Assembly: GCA_903892905.1 (NCBI GenBank) | Contig: CAITKI010000066.1 | Location: 1-59,057 of the forward strand | Source: an uncultured Candidatus Micrarchaeota archaeon | GTDB lineage: Archaea; Micrarchaeota; Micrarchaeia; Anstonellales; Anstonellaceae | Length of the DNA stretch: 59,057 nucleotides | Reading direction: 5' to 3' | In this document: positions 7,829 through 17,413 of the stretch, piece after piece | Numbering within the stretch: the first letter of the stretch is position 1 | Layout of the letters: each line of letters starts with the position of its first letter | Made by a program: the position numbers and the translations under genes | The notes under the pieces: model-generated | What the model was told of the DNA's origin: nothing | What the model saw: only the letters and a program-made list of their open reading frames with translations | Databases searched by the model: none

Positions 7829-10188
7829 GGGGGAAAGAAGCTGCGCACGCCGGAAATGGCGGGCGGTTCCGAGGGAAACTGCTTGGATGGGCAGGCAAAA
7901 GGATGCCTATCCTCATCGTCATCATGTTCTGCCTTGTTTTTGCGCTCCAAATGGGGGCGCTGCAGCCGGAGTTCCATTTCCAGAAGGTGAGCGCCGAGCA
8001 TGGCGGGGCATACGGGAGCAGCTATGCATATGCTTCGGGGAATGCGCTTCTCCTCAAGCTGCCGCATGCACAGAGCATGAGCGCAAGCGCCTTGTTCTTT
8101 GGGAGCGGGCATGTTGCGTCGGTTTCATATTCTGGAGTGGACCAGACTGCGAACGTCACAAAAATCACGGTGGGCGGGAAGGTTGCCTGCTCGCCCTGCG
8201 TTGCTGGGAAAGATTACCCTGCGCAGGCAGACGGGGATGTTGCTGTCGGGGTTTTTGCAAATGAAACGCCCCTTGTGGCGCAGCCGGGCAATGGGCCCCT
8301 GAAGCGCGCATTTTTCGAGAAAACCATGGCGACAGGCATTGACGCTGAAGTCAACGTCAAGCTTGGCGGCGGGTGGGAGGCCAGCCCGAATTCTGCAGTG
8401 CCTTCCTCATTCTACAAGGTGGACGCGCCTTTCCATATCCACCGCGTGATGATAGGCGCAAGCCACCTGCTGCGCCTGCAGTGGCCGTGGGCGGAGTATA
8501 CCTATCTTTCAGCCATGCCTGCGTCGCTAATCTATCTGCTGCTGGGCGTGAGCCACCAGTACGCCTACAAGCTATGGGAGATGTTGCTGTTTTTCCTGCC
8601 TGTTTTCGTATTCTACCTTTTTTCGCGGAAGCTGGCAAGGGGCAAGGACGCGGTTTTCCTGTTCGCCTCGCTCATTTACCTTTTCCTCCCGAGCCAGGGC
8701 ATGATAGTCGGGGGCGGGGCGGACCTGTTCATGTACGGCATGACCGCGCACACGCTTGCCACTTCGCTCTCGCTCATTTCGCTCCTGTTTGCCTATGAGT
8801 TTGTGGTGGAAATGAAAAACCGCAGCTTTTGGCTTTCACTCCTGTTTTTCGTGCTTGCGGTTGCATCGAACCAGAGGATTTTCATCGCGCTTGCAATTGG
8901 GATGGGCGCATTGCTTGCCATCTCGCTTGCTGTTGCGGATGCCAGGCGGGCGGTCCTCCTGGGGATTGCGTGCGCGGCGGCAGCGGCATTCTTGCTTGCG
9001 CCGTTCGCCATCAACTCCGGCCAGCTTGCAAGCTACCCTGTGCTGGGGGGGGCAAGCACAGAAAGCCTGGGCTGGTCGCTGGTGGGCTTTTTCCAGCTGG
9101 GCTATTTTGCCTTGCCGCTGCTTTTCATTGCAGGAGTTGTCGTTGCGATAAAAAGGCGGGAAATGTTCCTGCTCTTCGTTTTTGCGGTTTGTGCGCTTGT
9201 CTTTGCCTTTGCCACAAGCCCGGAGGTGAACAGGCTCGCGCCGTTCCTTGACGGCCTGCGCTTCATGCCATCATTTTTCCTGCCAGTGTTTTTCATTTCC
9301 GGCGCAGGTGCGCTTTATGCATTTGAAACCGCAGTTGCCTGGGCAGGGAAAGCAGGGAAGAGGCTGAAGCTTGACCGGCTGGATGCGACCGTGTCATTTT
9401 GCCTCGCCATCCTTGCCCCGCTTGCCGTGCTTTTCGCATCTGCGGCGTTGTCCACCATGGACCAATACCGCGGGGAGGCGACCTCGCTTGCTGTTGCCGC
9501 TGAATTTTCCGAGCTTCAGGCTGCGTATGGATTGCTTGGGGGCGGATGCTTGTTTATCCAGGGCGGGATGGATGTTTCCCACTACCCCATTTATGAGCAG
9601 GGCCTTGAGAGGACGCATATCGCCGATATGGATACGCCGGGCGGCATCATCGATGCCATGGCAAGCGCGCGCTGCAAATACCTGCTTTTGGGCAACGTCA
9701 AGCTGGTTGCAAGCGCATCGGAGAGTGCAAGATGGCAGGAGTATGCTGGCTTCAAGAGCGAAACGCGCCTGGAAGAGGTTGCCTATGGGGGCAGCGACCG
9801 GCTCTTTGCCATTAAAGGCATGGAACCTGCGGCAAAGGTGGAAAGCAGCGATGCGCGGGTGGATGGATATTCCTTTGATTATGACAGGGGGAGCGTGCAG
9901 GGGGAGTGCCTGGCTGGCACTTGCACCCTTCGCATCAGGCAGGACATGCTCCCAGCCGCGCTTGCGTGCGGAGGGGCGCAAGGCTGCAGCGTGAGGCCTG
10001 ACCCAGCTGGTTATGCATTTTACGTCGAGGGCATTCCGCACGGGAAGTTCGACATTGCGCTTGAGCCCCGGCCAGCCGATTGGTTTTATCCACTCGTGTT
10101 GGCAGGCGCAGCAGTGGCGCTTGCTTGCGGCTATGCAGCCAGCAGGCTGCCAAGCGGCGCCTCAAAGCCGCGCAGAAAACTCCTTTAG
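7825..10188 (+). CDS. large polytopic membrane protein, possibly a GT-C-type glycosyltransferase
   Basis: More than 10 hydrophobic segments in the central 450 aa plus a soluble C-terminal domain. 4-nt overlap with the GT2 gene. No WWDYG-type AglB motif seen, so the function is inferred from context only. The start could instead be the ATG at 7903. Confidence 0.55.
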   Translation: MRGKEAAHAGNGGRFRGKLLGWAGKRMPILIVIMFCLVFALQMGALQPEFHFQKVSAEHGGAYGSSYAYASGNALLLKLPHAQSMSASALFFGSGHVASVSYSGVDQTANVTKITVGGKVACSPCVAGKDYPAQADGDVAVGVFANETPLVAQPGNGPLKRAFFEKTMATGIDAEVNVKLGGGWEASPNSAVPSSFYKVDAPFHIHRVMIGASHLLRLQWPWAEYTYLSAMPASLIYLLLGVSHQYAYKLWEMLLFFLPVFVFYLFSRKLARGKDAVFLFASLIYLFLPSQGMIVGGGADLFMYGMTAHTLATSLSLISLLFAYEFVVEMKNRSFWLSLLFFVLAVASNQRIFIALAIGMGALLAISLAVADARRAVLLGIACAAAAAFLLAPFAINSGQLASYPVLGGASTESLGWSLVGFFQLGYFALPLLFIAGVVVAIKRREMFLLFVFAVCALVFAFATSPEVNRLAPFLDGLRFMPSFFLPVFFISGAGALYAFETAVAWAGKAGKRLKLDRLDATVSFCLAILAPLAVLFASAALSTMDQYRGEATSLAVAAEFSELQAAYGLLGGGCLFIQGGMDVSHYPIYEQGLERTHIADMDTPGGIIDAMASARCKYLLLGNVKLVASASESARWQEYAGFKSETRLEEVAYGGSDRLFAIKGMEPAAKVESSDARVDGYSFDYDRGSVQGECLAGTCTLRIRQDMLPAALACGGAQGCSVRPDPAGYAFYVEGIPHGKFDIALEPRPADWFYPLVLAGAAVALACGYAASRLPSGASKPRRKLL

Positions 10189-11505
10189 GAAGTCGTCCAG
10201 CTTTTCCTCTGGAATGGATGCGCCTGCGGCGATGTTGTGCCCGCCGCCCACGCCGCCCACCTGCGCGCAGCATTCCGAGAGTATTTTGCCCAAGTTCAGC
10301 CCCGCTTCCACAAGCCCGCGCGTGCCGCGGGTGGAGAGCTTTATTTTTCCAGGCGCCTCAAGCGAGAGGGCGAGTATTGGCTTTTTGCGCGAGCCTGCAA
10401 ACAGCATGCCTGCCACCACACCGATTATGCTATCAGGTATCACACCGCGAGCGTCCAGCAGGAGGAATTTGCCGGCATCCTGCGTGTTTTTCGAGGCGAA
10501 ATCTATGCCTGCGCGCAGGTTCTTGCGGTGCTCGGCAAGAAGTGATTGCGCCTCATCATAGGCGCCTGCGCGCTGCAGGCAGACCGACACTCCAAGCTCA
10601 GGCCGGTCGTTCCTGCCGCACGCGTTGAGGAGTGTGGAGAACTCGGATGCATCGCGAAGCAGCGTGCCTTGAGGCATGCGAAGCAGGTTGTATGTGTCGC
10701 CTACGAGGCGTTTTGCCGTTTCTGGCGAGGAGCGCATGGCAACGAGCTTTGCCAGCGAGGAGACGAGCGCGCGGCGCTCGGAAAATGTGAGGTCGGAGTA
10801 GGCGCGCCATTTCTCGCCGCTGCCGCCGTTGCCCTGCGCTGCGCCTTTTTGCTTCTGCTCGATTCCAAGCTCCTGCAGCAGCGCACTGCAAGCATCGTCC
10901 TGGCCCGTGATGCCAGGCAGGTAAGGCTCGTCGGCGTAGAGGAGAAATTGCTTCAGCGGGCGGCTGTTCCTGCCAAACAATAAAATGTCCTTTTCCACGG
11001 ATATTGCGCCCTGGGAAACTGCTTGCGACAGCATGAGCGCGTTGAGGCTGCGAAGCGGCGCCTGCACATCGCCTATTGCGCCCACGATGCCAAGCTCCAC
11101 AAAATCCTTGAAAACGAAATAGGCGCAGCCTGCCGCAGAGATGTCGGTGCCGCCGTCAAAGCCAAATTCGTGGGGATTTGCCTGCAGGTGCGCCTTGCTT
11201 TTCTGCTGGTGGTGGTCTATCACCACAACATTGCCTTGCAGGGAGTCTATCTCCGCCGTGCCGCTGCCAAGGTCGACAAAAATGATTTCCGGCTCCTGCG
11301 AGATGGAGGCGAGGAATTCTGCGTCCAGCTTGCGCACTGACTGCGCACGGAAAGGCTTGCCCATTTTTTCAAGCGAGCCGCAGACAATGGAGCCGGAGGT
11401 GATGCCGTCGCAGTCATAGTGGTGCACCACCAACGGTGCGCGCATCGCCCCTATTGCCTCTCGTGCCTCTGCGCAGCGCGCGAAAAAGCCCTGCTCGTTT
11501 CCCAT
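10162..11505 (-). CDS. DHH-family phosphoesterase, archaeal RecJ/GAN-like
   Basis: DHH motifs VVHHYDCDGITSG, VFVDLG, VVIDHHQ and DHHA1-type GGGHNIAAGA. ATG confirmed at 11505. Confidence 0.85.
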   Translation of the reverse strand: MGNEQGFFARCAEAREAIGAMRAPLVVHHYDCDGITSGSIVCGSLEKMGKPFRAQSVRKLDAEFLASISQEPEIIFVDLGSGTAEIDSLQGNVVVIDHHQQKSKAHLQANPHEFGFDGGTDISAAGCAYFVFKDFVELGIVGAIGDVQAPLRSLNALMLSQAVSQGAISVEKDILLFGRNSRPLKQFLLYADEPYLPGITGQDDACSALLQELGIEQKQKGAAQGNGGSGEKWRAYSDLTFSERRALVSSLAKLVAMRSSPETAKRLVGDTYNLLRMPQGTLLRDASEFSTLLNACGRNDRPELGVSVCLQRAGAYDEAQSLLAEHRKNLRAGIDFASKNTQDAGKFLLLDARGVIPDSIIGVVAGMLFAGSRKKPILALSLEAPGKIKLSTRGTRGLVEAGLNLGKILSECCAQVGGVGGGHNIAAGASIPEEKLDDFLKEFSARL

Positions 11506-11527
11506 ACGCGCACTTTTGGCGGCGCAG

Positions 11528-11535
11528 TTATAAAA
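11528..11535. promoter_or_regulatory. single central TATA box (ttataaaa) shared by divergent leaderless genes
   Basis: 52-nt intergenic region. The TATA lies 23 nt from the ATG at 11505 (minus strand) and 23 nt from the ATG at 11558 (plus strand). Confidence 0.5.
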
Positions 11536-11557
11536 TGAGAATGCAGGAAATTCATGT

Positions 11558-11986
11558 ATGGACGTGGAGATGGCGCCTGACGTGGAGAGGAAGGTTTCCG
11601 AGATAGTGGACGTGCTGTCCTACGGGCATGTGAACGAGTTTCGGATAATTTGCATGCGCTCGAGGAATGCAACGGCGCGCGCTTACGCCAGGATTTGGAA
11701 TTTGCCGGATATCTGGCAGAAGGCGCTCTCAGTGGGGACTTTTTACATAATCGAGGTGCTCACGCAGCACTATGACCCGCTCTCCGAGGAGGAGAAGGAA
11801 AAGGTCATCATACATGAGCTGCTGCACATCCCAAAGACGTTTTCAGGCGCGCTTCGGCCGCATGGCGGCAAGGTGAAGATAAACGCAAGGACGGTGGGAG
11901 TGCTGCACAAGATCTACAAGGAGAGGAAAAAGGAGATGGAAACCGAGCGGAAGAAGCGGCTCGCGGTTGCAGAAGCCGCATTTTGA
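11558..11986 (+). CDS. putative zinc metallopeptidase (HExxH)
   Basis: IIHELLHIP motif in a 142-aa protein. Resembles small archaeal predicted metal-dependent hydrolases. Confidence 0.6.
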   Translation: MDVEMAPDVERKVSEIVDVLSYGHVNEFRIICMRSRNATARAYARIWNLPDIWQKALSVGTFYIIEVLTQHYDPLSEEEKEKVIIHELLHIPKTFSGALRPHGGKVKINARTVGVLHKIYKERKKEMETERKKRLAVAEAAF

Positions 11987-11997
11987 TTTGCCAGGTG

Positions 11998-12828
11998 ATG
12001 TGGATGATAATTGGCGCGATGAATGACCCGAAGAAAAACGTTGCCGAAGAGGTTGCGCTCTTCGGCGAGATGGGCTTTGACTATTTTGAGCTGACAATTG
12101 AGGCGCCGGGCGCGCACCCGGACAAGCTGATGCGGGAAAAGAAAGCAATCCAAGACGTGCTTTCCTCGTACAATTTCGGGGTGCTTGCGCACATGCCATG
12201 GTATTTCTCGGTGGCGCACCCATATCCTTCGATACAGGAAGCCATAAGCAAGGAGTTTTGCCGCGCGTTTGACGTTGCGGCGGAGTTTGGAGCCAAAAAG
12301 GCGACGCTGCATTCCGAATTCTTGCCCTCAGGCATACAGGAGCGGCAGGTGCACACTGCAAAGACGATTGAGACCATCAGGAAGCTCCATAAGGAAGCGG
12401 AGGCGCGAGGCATTGAGCTTCTTGTGGAGAATTTCAATGCCAGCTCGTTCTCGATAAAGGATTTCAAGCAGCTATTCTCGGAAGTTGACATGGGAATGAC
12501 GTTTGACGTCGGGCATGCCTTCACATCGGATGGCGAGGGGATGGAAAATTACCTCGCGCAGTTCAGGAAGAGAGTGAAGCACGTGCATTTGCATGACAAT
12601 GACAGGCGCACTGACCAGCATTTGCCGCTTGGCGCGGGAAAAGTCGATGTTGCGCGCGTGGTGAAGGAGATAAGGGCTTTTTACGACGGCACAATTACCC
12701 TGGAAGTGCACTCGCAGGACAGGGATTACCTCAGGATTTCGCGCGAGAAGCTGGAAATATTGTGGTACGGCAAGAAGAAATTCGAGGAAAATAAGGAGTA
12801 TTTGCAGCCTGAGGCGAAGAAAAACTAG
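11998..12828 (+). CDS. xylose isomerase-like TIM-barrel protein (sugar phosphate isomerase/epimerase or AP-endonuclease 2 family)
   Basis: Metal-ligand pattern HSEF...EN...DVGH...HVHLHDNDRRTDQHLPLGAGKVD...LEV. ATG at 11998 chosen over the TTG at 11983. Confidence 0.7.
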   Translation: MWMIIGAMNDPKKNVAEEVALFGEMGFDYFELTIEAPGAHPDKLMREKKAIQDVLSSYNFGVLAHMPWYFSVAHPYPSIQEAISKEFCRAFDVAAEFGAKKATLHSEFLPSGIQERQVHTAKTIETIRKLHKEAEARGIELLVENFNASSFSIKDFKQLFSEVDMGMTFDVGHAFTSDGEGMENYLAQFRKRVKHVHLHDNDRRTDQHLPLGAGKVDVARVVKEIRAFYDGTITLEVHSQDRDYLRISREKLEILWYGKKKFEENKEYLQPEAKKN

Positions 12829-12834
12829 TTTTGC

Positions 12835-13332
12835 TCAGAAGTTGAATGCGGACAATTTGTAGAAATGCGGCTCTTTCTCATCGCCGCACGCGATTATGAG
12901 CTCAAGCCGCGCAAGGTGCGCGATTTTCACCTGCTCCACCAGCTGCTTTTGCGAAGGAGCTTTGCCGGGCAAGAGATAAATTAGCTGCGAGGGGCGGTTC
13001 TCGGTGCGCCCCACGCCGGGCGCGTAGGCGCGGAAGTATTGCGTGGTCTTTTCAAACGGCGCGACCATCCTGCCGGTTTGTCTGATTATGAAGTAGACCG
13101 AAAGCGCGAATGGGAATGTTTTGTCGCGCTTCTTTTGCGCGGTGATGAAAGATGTGAGCGTGCCTTGGCTGAATTTTGCCTTTCCGATTTTCACCAGGTA
13201 GCCTGCCTCGAGGGGCGAGAGCAGGAGCGCGCCCTCCTTGTAAAGCCCGAAGCCTGCCTCGCGGAATTTCTGCGCAAGCGCAACATCGGTTTCCGTGAAG
13301 AGCTTGGCGTCTTTTGAGGTTGATTCGAGCAT
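12835..13332 (-). CDS. tRNA-splicing endonuclease-like protein, probably a non-catalytic (structural) unit
   Basis: EndA-like layout (LSPLEAGYL; SVYFIIRQTGRMV; YFRAY), but the catalytic His and Lys positions read SQLIYLL and AHLARLEL. Confidence 0.6.
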   Translation of the reverse strand: MLESTSKDAKLFTETDVALAQKFREAGFGLYKEGALLLSPLEAGYLVKIGKAKFSQGTLTSFITAQKKRDKTFPFALSVYFIIRQTGRMVAPFEKTTQYFRAYAPGVGRTENRPSQLIYLLPGKAPSQKQLVEQVKIAHLARLELIIACGDEKEPHFYKLSAFNF

Positions 13333-13338
13333 GATAAT

Positions 13339-14541
13339 CTACTCCTTCGCTGCCTTTTTCTTTGTGGCAGTCTTCTTCACCGTCTTCTTCATTATAAATG
13401 CGAGCTCATCCTCGTCAAACAGCTCGCCGAATGCGCCTTCCTCTTTCTTTGCCACTTCCTCGAAAAGCGGCAGGTAGCCGCCTGCCTGCTGCACTGAGCA
13501 GTGGCACATGCGCGCGATTTTGGAAAGCACTGCCTTGCGGAGCGTGCGCATGGATTTTGAGGAGCCCATGGCTCGGATATATTCAGGGTAGGCAAAGGGA
13601 ACGTAGCCGTGCTGCTGCCCGGATGAAGCGGACTTTGAAAGCGCCACGCCGGAAGTCATGAGGTCGGATGAATAACGGAGGTACCCCCAGTATTGCTGCC
13701 GCTTTATCCTGCCGTCAAAAATGTCTGCGCGCGAGAGCTTTTCGTACCCTTCTGCCAGGTCAAATGGCTTTTCGCACACTGCGGGCAGGTTTTGCGCGAT
13801 CCAGAGCTTGAGCGTGTCATGGTCCACGCCTGATGAGAACGCGGCTTTGCGCGCCTCGGCATATTTCTCGGATTTGAAGATGTCGCGAAGCACATCGAAT
13901 ATGTTTTTCTCTCGGTCGCGGCTGGCACTGGTGTTGCCAGCGCGCAGGTCATTGAGGGCGGCGCGGATGTCGCCAGCGGCAGCCTGCGCGATTTTCTCAG
14001 CATCCCCTTCAACGAGAGCAATGCCGCGCGAGGCGGCCTCTTGCTTCAGGAATTTTGCGATGGTGGAAACGTGCGAGCGGCGGAGCTCAAGCTGGGTGCA
14101 GTGCGCCTTTATCGATGAGAGCTTCTTGTCATAGTAGTCGGTTGCTGTCAGGATGACTGGCTGGCGCGCATTTGCAATCACTTTTGCTATTGCGCCTGCC
14201 CCGCCCCGGTCGGCCGTGCCTGAAAGCGAGTCCGCGTCGTCTATCAGGATGAGGCGCGTGCCGCCGAAAAGCGAGGCGGATGATGTGGCGTTCGAAAGCA
14301 ATGTTGACACCGATTCCTCGTCGCGCAAGTCAGATGCGTTGAATTCGAACAATTCCCAGCCGAATTCGTTTGCGATTGCGTGCGCAAGCGCAGTCTTGCC
14401 GGTGCCTGTGGAGCCAGTTATCAGGAGCGGCGGCTGGCGCTTGCCTTCCTGCCAGCCGCTTGCCCATGCCTTTGCGGCAGCAATGGCGGAAGGGTTGCCG
14501 ATGAGGGAGGAAAGCGCGCTTTTAGCCTCGGAAGATGCCAT
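13339..14541 (-). CDS. rfcL: replication factor C large subunit
   Basis: Walker A LLITGSTGTGKTALAHAIANE, Walker B RLILIDDADSL, acidic/basic C-terminal tail. ATG confirmed at 14541. The upstream 50 codons of the ORF overlap the divergent promoter. Confidence 0.85.
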   Translation of the reverse strand: MASSEAKSALSSLIGNPSAIAAAKAWASGWQEGKRQPPLLITGSTGTGKTALAHAIANEFGWELFEFNASDLRDEESVSTLLSNATSSASLFGGTRLILIDDADSLSGTADRGGAGAIAKVIANARQPVILTATDYYDKKLSSIKAHCTQLELRRSHVSTIAKFLKQEAASRGIALVEGDAEKIAQAAAGDIRAALNDLRAGNTSASRDREKNIFDVLRDIFKSEKYAEARKAAFSSGVDHDTLKLWIAQNLPAVCEKPFDLAEGYEKLSRADIFDGRIKRQQYWGYLRYSSDLMTSGVALSKSASSGQQHGYVPFAYPEYIRAMGSSKSMRTLRKAVLSKIARMCHCSVQQAGGYLPLFEEVAKKEEGAFGELFDEDELAFIMKKTVKKTATKKKAAKE

Positions 14542-14563
14542 GCTTATAGTCCGGATGAAGGGG

Positions 14564-14605
14564 TTTAAAACGTTCTTGTTGCGGGGGCGGCGCGCCTGTT
14601 TTAAT
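14564..14605. promoter_or_regulatory. divergent promoter region with two TATA boxes
   Basis: tttaaaa at 14564-14570 is 23 nt from the rfcL ATG (14541, minus strand). ttttaat at 14599-14605 is 25 nt from the ATG at 14630 (plus strand). Confidence 0.5.
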
Positions 14606-14629
14606 CGTTTGCGTCCCAAAACCACACTT

Positions 14630-15784
14630 ATGCTTATCGGCGTGGTGGGGGCGCCCAACAAGGGCAAGAGCACTTTCTTTGCGGCAGCCACGCTAGTCGA
14701 TGCCCAAATAGCAAACTACCCATTCACCACGATTACGCCAAACAGGGGCGTCACCTATGTGCGCGCGCCCTGCCCGCATGCGCAGCTGGGGCTGCCTGCG
14801 TGCAATCCGAAGAACAGCAAGTGCGCAGGAGGGGTGCGCCTTGTGCCTGTGGGCATGATAGATGTGCCAGGCCTGGTGCCTGAGGCACATGCTGGCAAGG
14901 GGCTGGGCAACAAATTCCTGGACAGCATACGCGAGGCAGATGTGCTCATACAGGTGGTGGATGCCACGGGGAAAACTGACCTGCAGGGAAACCCGTGCGA
15001 GTCCGCCTCGCCTGCTGAGGAAGTCGCTTTCCTGCAGGAGGAAATCTCGCTTTGGATGGCAGACATTATGTCGCGCGGGGCAAAGGGAAAAGGCGCAGCA
15101 GGCCTGGCTGCCTCGCTTACTGGCCTGAAAATCACCGAAGGCATGCTGCACAAGGCTGCGCTCGAGTGCGGCCTGGACGTGGCTGCAGGCCTGCCCGATG
15201 CAGAGGGCACGCTGCGGCTTGCCAGGAAACTGGTGGAGATGAGGATGCCTGTGGTGGTTGCGTGCAATAAGATAGATGTTGCTGGCGCGCGGGAGGGTTT
15301 TGAAAAGGTGGTGCAAGAATCTGGCAGGCATTCCATGCCATGCAGCGCCGCAGTGGAGCTTGCCTTGCGCAAGGCAGAGCATGCTGGCTTGGTGGAATAC
15401 CGGCCGGGCGATGCTGATTTTGCAGTGAAGGGAACGCCCAATGAAAAGCAGGCTGAGGCGCTGTCCGCCATGAAGCGCGTGCTTGCCGAGAACGGCGGCA
15501 GCGGCGTGCAGCAAATCATAGACTATATCGTCTACCAGCACCTGGATTGCATAATCGTCTATCCTGTGGAGGATGAGCATAAGTACTCGAACAACAAAGG
15601 GGACGTGCTTCCGGATGCTTACCTTGTGCCAAAGGGCACCACGGCGCTTCAGCTTGCGGCAATGGTGCACACCGACCTGGCGCACAAGTTCATAGGCGCA
15701 GTGGACTGCAGGCGCCACATACGCGTGGGCGCGGAGCACGCGCTTGCAAATGGGGATATTATAAAAATCATTGCGGGAAGATAG
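14630..15784 (+). CDS. Obg-like GTPase/ATPase of the YchF/OLA1 type with C-terminal TGS domain
   Basis: G1 GVVGAPNKGKSTFF, G3 IDVPGLV, G4 ACNKID, TGS-like end NGDIIKIIAG. The in-frame ATG at 14630 replaces the 14153 ORF-track start, which overlaps rfcL. Confidence 0.85.
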   Translation: MLIGVVGAPNKGKSTFFAAATLVDAQIANYPFTTITPNRGVTYVRAPCPHAQLGLPACNPKNSKCAGGVRLVPVGMIDVPGLVPEAHAGKGLGNKFLDSIREADVLIQVVDATGKTDLQGNPCESASPAEEVAFLQEEISLWMADIMSRGAKGKGAAGLAASLTGLKITEGMLHKAALECGLDVAAGLPDAEGTLRLARKLVEMRMPVVVACNKIDVAGAREGFEKVVQESGRHSMPCSAAVELALRKAEHAGLVEYRPGDADFAVKGTPNEKQAEALSAMKRVLAENGGSGVQQIIDYIVYQHLDCIIVYPVEDEHKYSNNKGDVLPDAYLVPKGTTALQLAAMVHTDLAHKFIGAVDCRRHIRVGAEHALANGDIIKIIAGR

Positions 15785-15867
15785 AGCGGGAGGGGCGGGA
15801 ACGCCCTGCGAACAAAAGCGAATTGCTTATAATCTGATTGCCCCCTCAAGGGGATGAAGGTGGGAAC

Positions 15868-17397
15868 ATGGCAAGTACTGCAAATGTTGCAAAGAAGGGG
15901 ACCGACCTGAAGATGCTTGTTTTTGCAGCAGTGGTGATTGTAGCCGCGCTTGCTGCGATAGGGTATTTTGCGGGTTTTTTCACAGGCGCTTCAACGCCGC
16001 CTGCGCCCAACCCGGCCGTTCCGCTTGCCACGCCGGAGGCAAGGCTTCTCCTTGCCAGCTTTGACAAGGGGGCTGCACTGTCCGACTACTCGCTGAAATA
16101 TTCCACAAATGACAATGGGGTGAAAAGCAACTATTCCATCATCAAGAACGGAAGCGACAGCTTTGTGGACGTAGAGGGCGCCTTCGGGAGGATGTATGGA
16201 TTCTTCGGAAAGGACAACGCCACAGACATGGTGTGCCTTGAATACGGCGGCGCGGCGAAATGCGCGCTTGCAGGCAACCTGACAGACATGGCAGACATTG
16301 CTGCAGGCCTGAAAATACTTAGGCCGACCTCGCTCGCCTACCTCAACCAGAAGGACGACACAAGGAAGCTCATCGCGGCAGGCGCAATCAAGCTTGGCCA
16401 GGGGATGACAAGCGAGGCAGTAAACGGGTTTGACACCCGGAAAATAGCCTACACCCTCGATTACAGCAATCTTACGGTGCAACAGATGGTTTCCCTTGGC
16501 GTGTCGCCAAATGACCAGACACTGCTTGCCGTGACTGACCAGAAAGTCACGTTCTGGATAGACAATGCGACTGGGCTCATGGTGAAAAGCCATGCATCTT
16601 ACAACAACCGGGGGACGCTAGGCTACTACGACACAGAGTACACCCAAGCCGCCCCCGTGGCATCGGCAATGCCTGAGAAGCCAGGGACAGTCATCGCTGC
16701 CCCGGCTTTTGTGGAGTTCTATTCAACATCGACGAAAGATTACGCAGAAAGGGCGGCCTGCTTTGCAAAGAGCGGGGCCGAAAAGGCAACCTGCCTCCAA
16801 AGCATTGCGGGAAACAGCGGCGATTGGGAAACTTGCAAGCTGATCGACACCCATCCGGAATATGAGAAATGCAGCATCATAGTGGCGCAGGAAACGCACA
16901 ACAGCGTGATTTGCGGGAAGCTCGCCGCGCTTGCGGACGACTGCTATATTGCGGTTGCAAGCGAAACCGGCAACTTCGACCTCTGCAAGAGCGTGAAAAA
17001 CGCGAGCCTGTCCTCGAGCTGCATAGACGCGGCGACCTCGGGGCAGCAGAAAAAGGAGGCGGCAGCCGCGCTTGCGGCAAAGGCAAACGCCGCGAAGAAC
17101 TGCGCTGCGGACGGCGATTGCAAGGTGTTTGGGAACGCCAACCAATACTGCGCCCCTAAGAACTCGACTGCGCGGTTTGCCAACAGCACCAGCGACTTGT
17201 ATGCTTGCCTCAAAGGCATGCCATGCGGCTGCCTGGGGGGGTATTGCGGCTTTGCAAAGAATGCGACATACTACACTTGCATAAACAACGCAGAAGATGA
17301 GATGCTGAGGCTGTACATAAACAGCCTCATACCCACCAATTCCAGCGTCAAGAACATAACTGAAAAATTGCCCATACCACCCACGAATAATAATTGA
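15868..17397 (+). CDS. membrane-anchored, Cys-rich extracellular protein
   Basis: N-terminal anchor LKMLVFAAVVIVAALAAIGYFAGFF. C-terminal third has regularly spaced Cys pairs (CFAKSG..CLQS, CKLID..CSII, CGKL..CYIA, CKSV..CIDA). GGTGG lies 5 nt upstream of the ATG at 15868. Confidence 0.6.
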   Translation: MASTANVAKKGTDLKMLVFAAVVIVAALAAIGYFAGFFTGASTPPAPNPAVPLATPEARLLLASFDKGAALSDYSLKYSTNDNGVKSNYSIIKNGSDSFVDVEGAFGRMYGFFGKDNATDMVCLEYGGAAKCALAGNLTDMADIAAGLKILRPTSLAYLNQKDDTRKLIAAGAIKLGQGMTSEAVNGFDTRKIAYTLDYSNLTVQQMVSLGVSPNDQTLLAVTDQKVTFWIDNATGLMVKSHASYNNRGTLGYYDTEYTQAAPVASAMPEKPGTVIAAPAFVEFYSTSTKDYAERAACFAKSGAEKATCLQSIAGNSGDWETCKLIDTHPEYEKCSIIVAQETHNSVICGKLAALADDCYIAVASETGNFDLCKSVKNASLSSSCIDAATSGQQKKEAAAALAAKANAAKNCAADGDCKVFGNANQYCAPKNSTARFANSTSDLYACLKGMPCGCLGGYCGFAKNATYYTCINNAEDEMLRLYINSLIPTNSSVKNITEKLPIPPTNNN

Positions 17398-17413
17398 AAA
17401 TGAGATTGGAGAG

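Noticed and set aside
14153-14629. The N-terminal 159 codons of the ORF-track call for the YchF-like GTPase.
   Set aside because: This stretch overlaps rfcL on the opposite strand and the divergent promoter. The family-typical start MLIGVVGAPNKGKS begins at the ATG at 14630, with a TATA box 25 nt upstream.
14693-15739. Long antisense or alternative-frame ORFs were considered as genes, for example 14693-15739(-), 17484-18602(-), 47228-48265(+), 48288-49364(+), 10013-10628(+) and 45131-46210(-) upstream part.
   Set aside because: They lie opposite or out of frame to genes with clear catalytic motifs. They are Arg/Ala/Pro/His-rich, as expected for shadow ORFs in GC-rich DNA, and have no motifs of their own.
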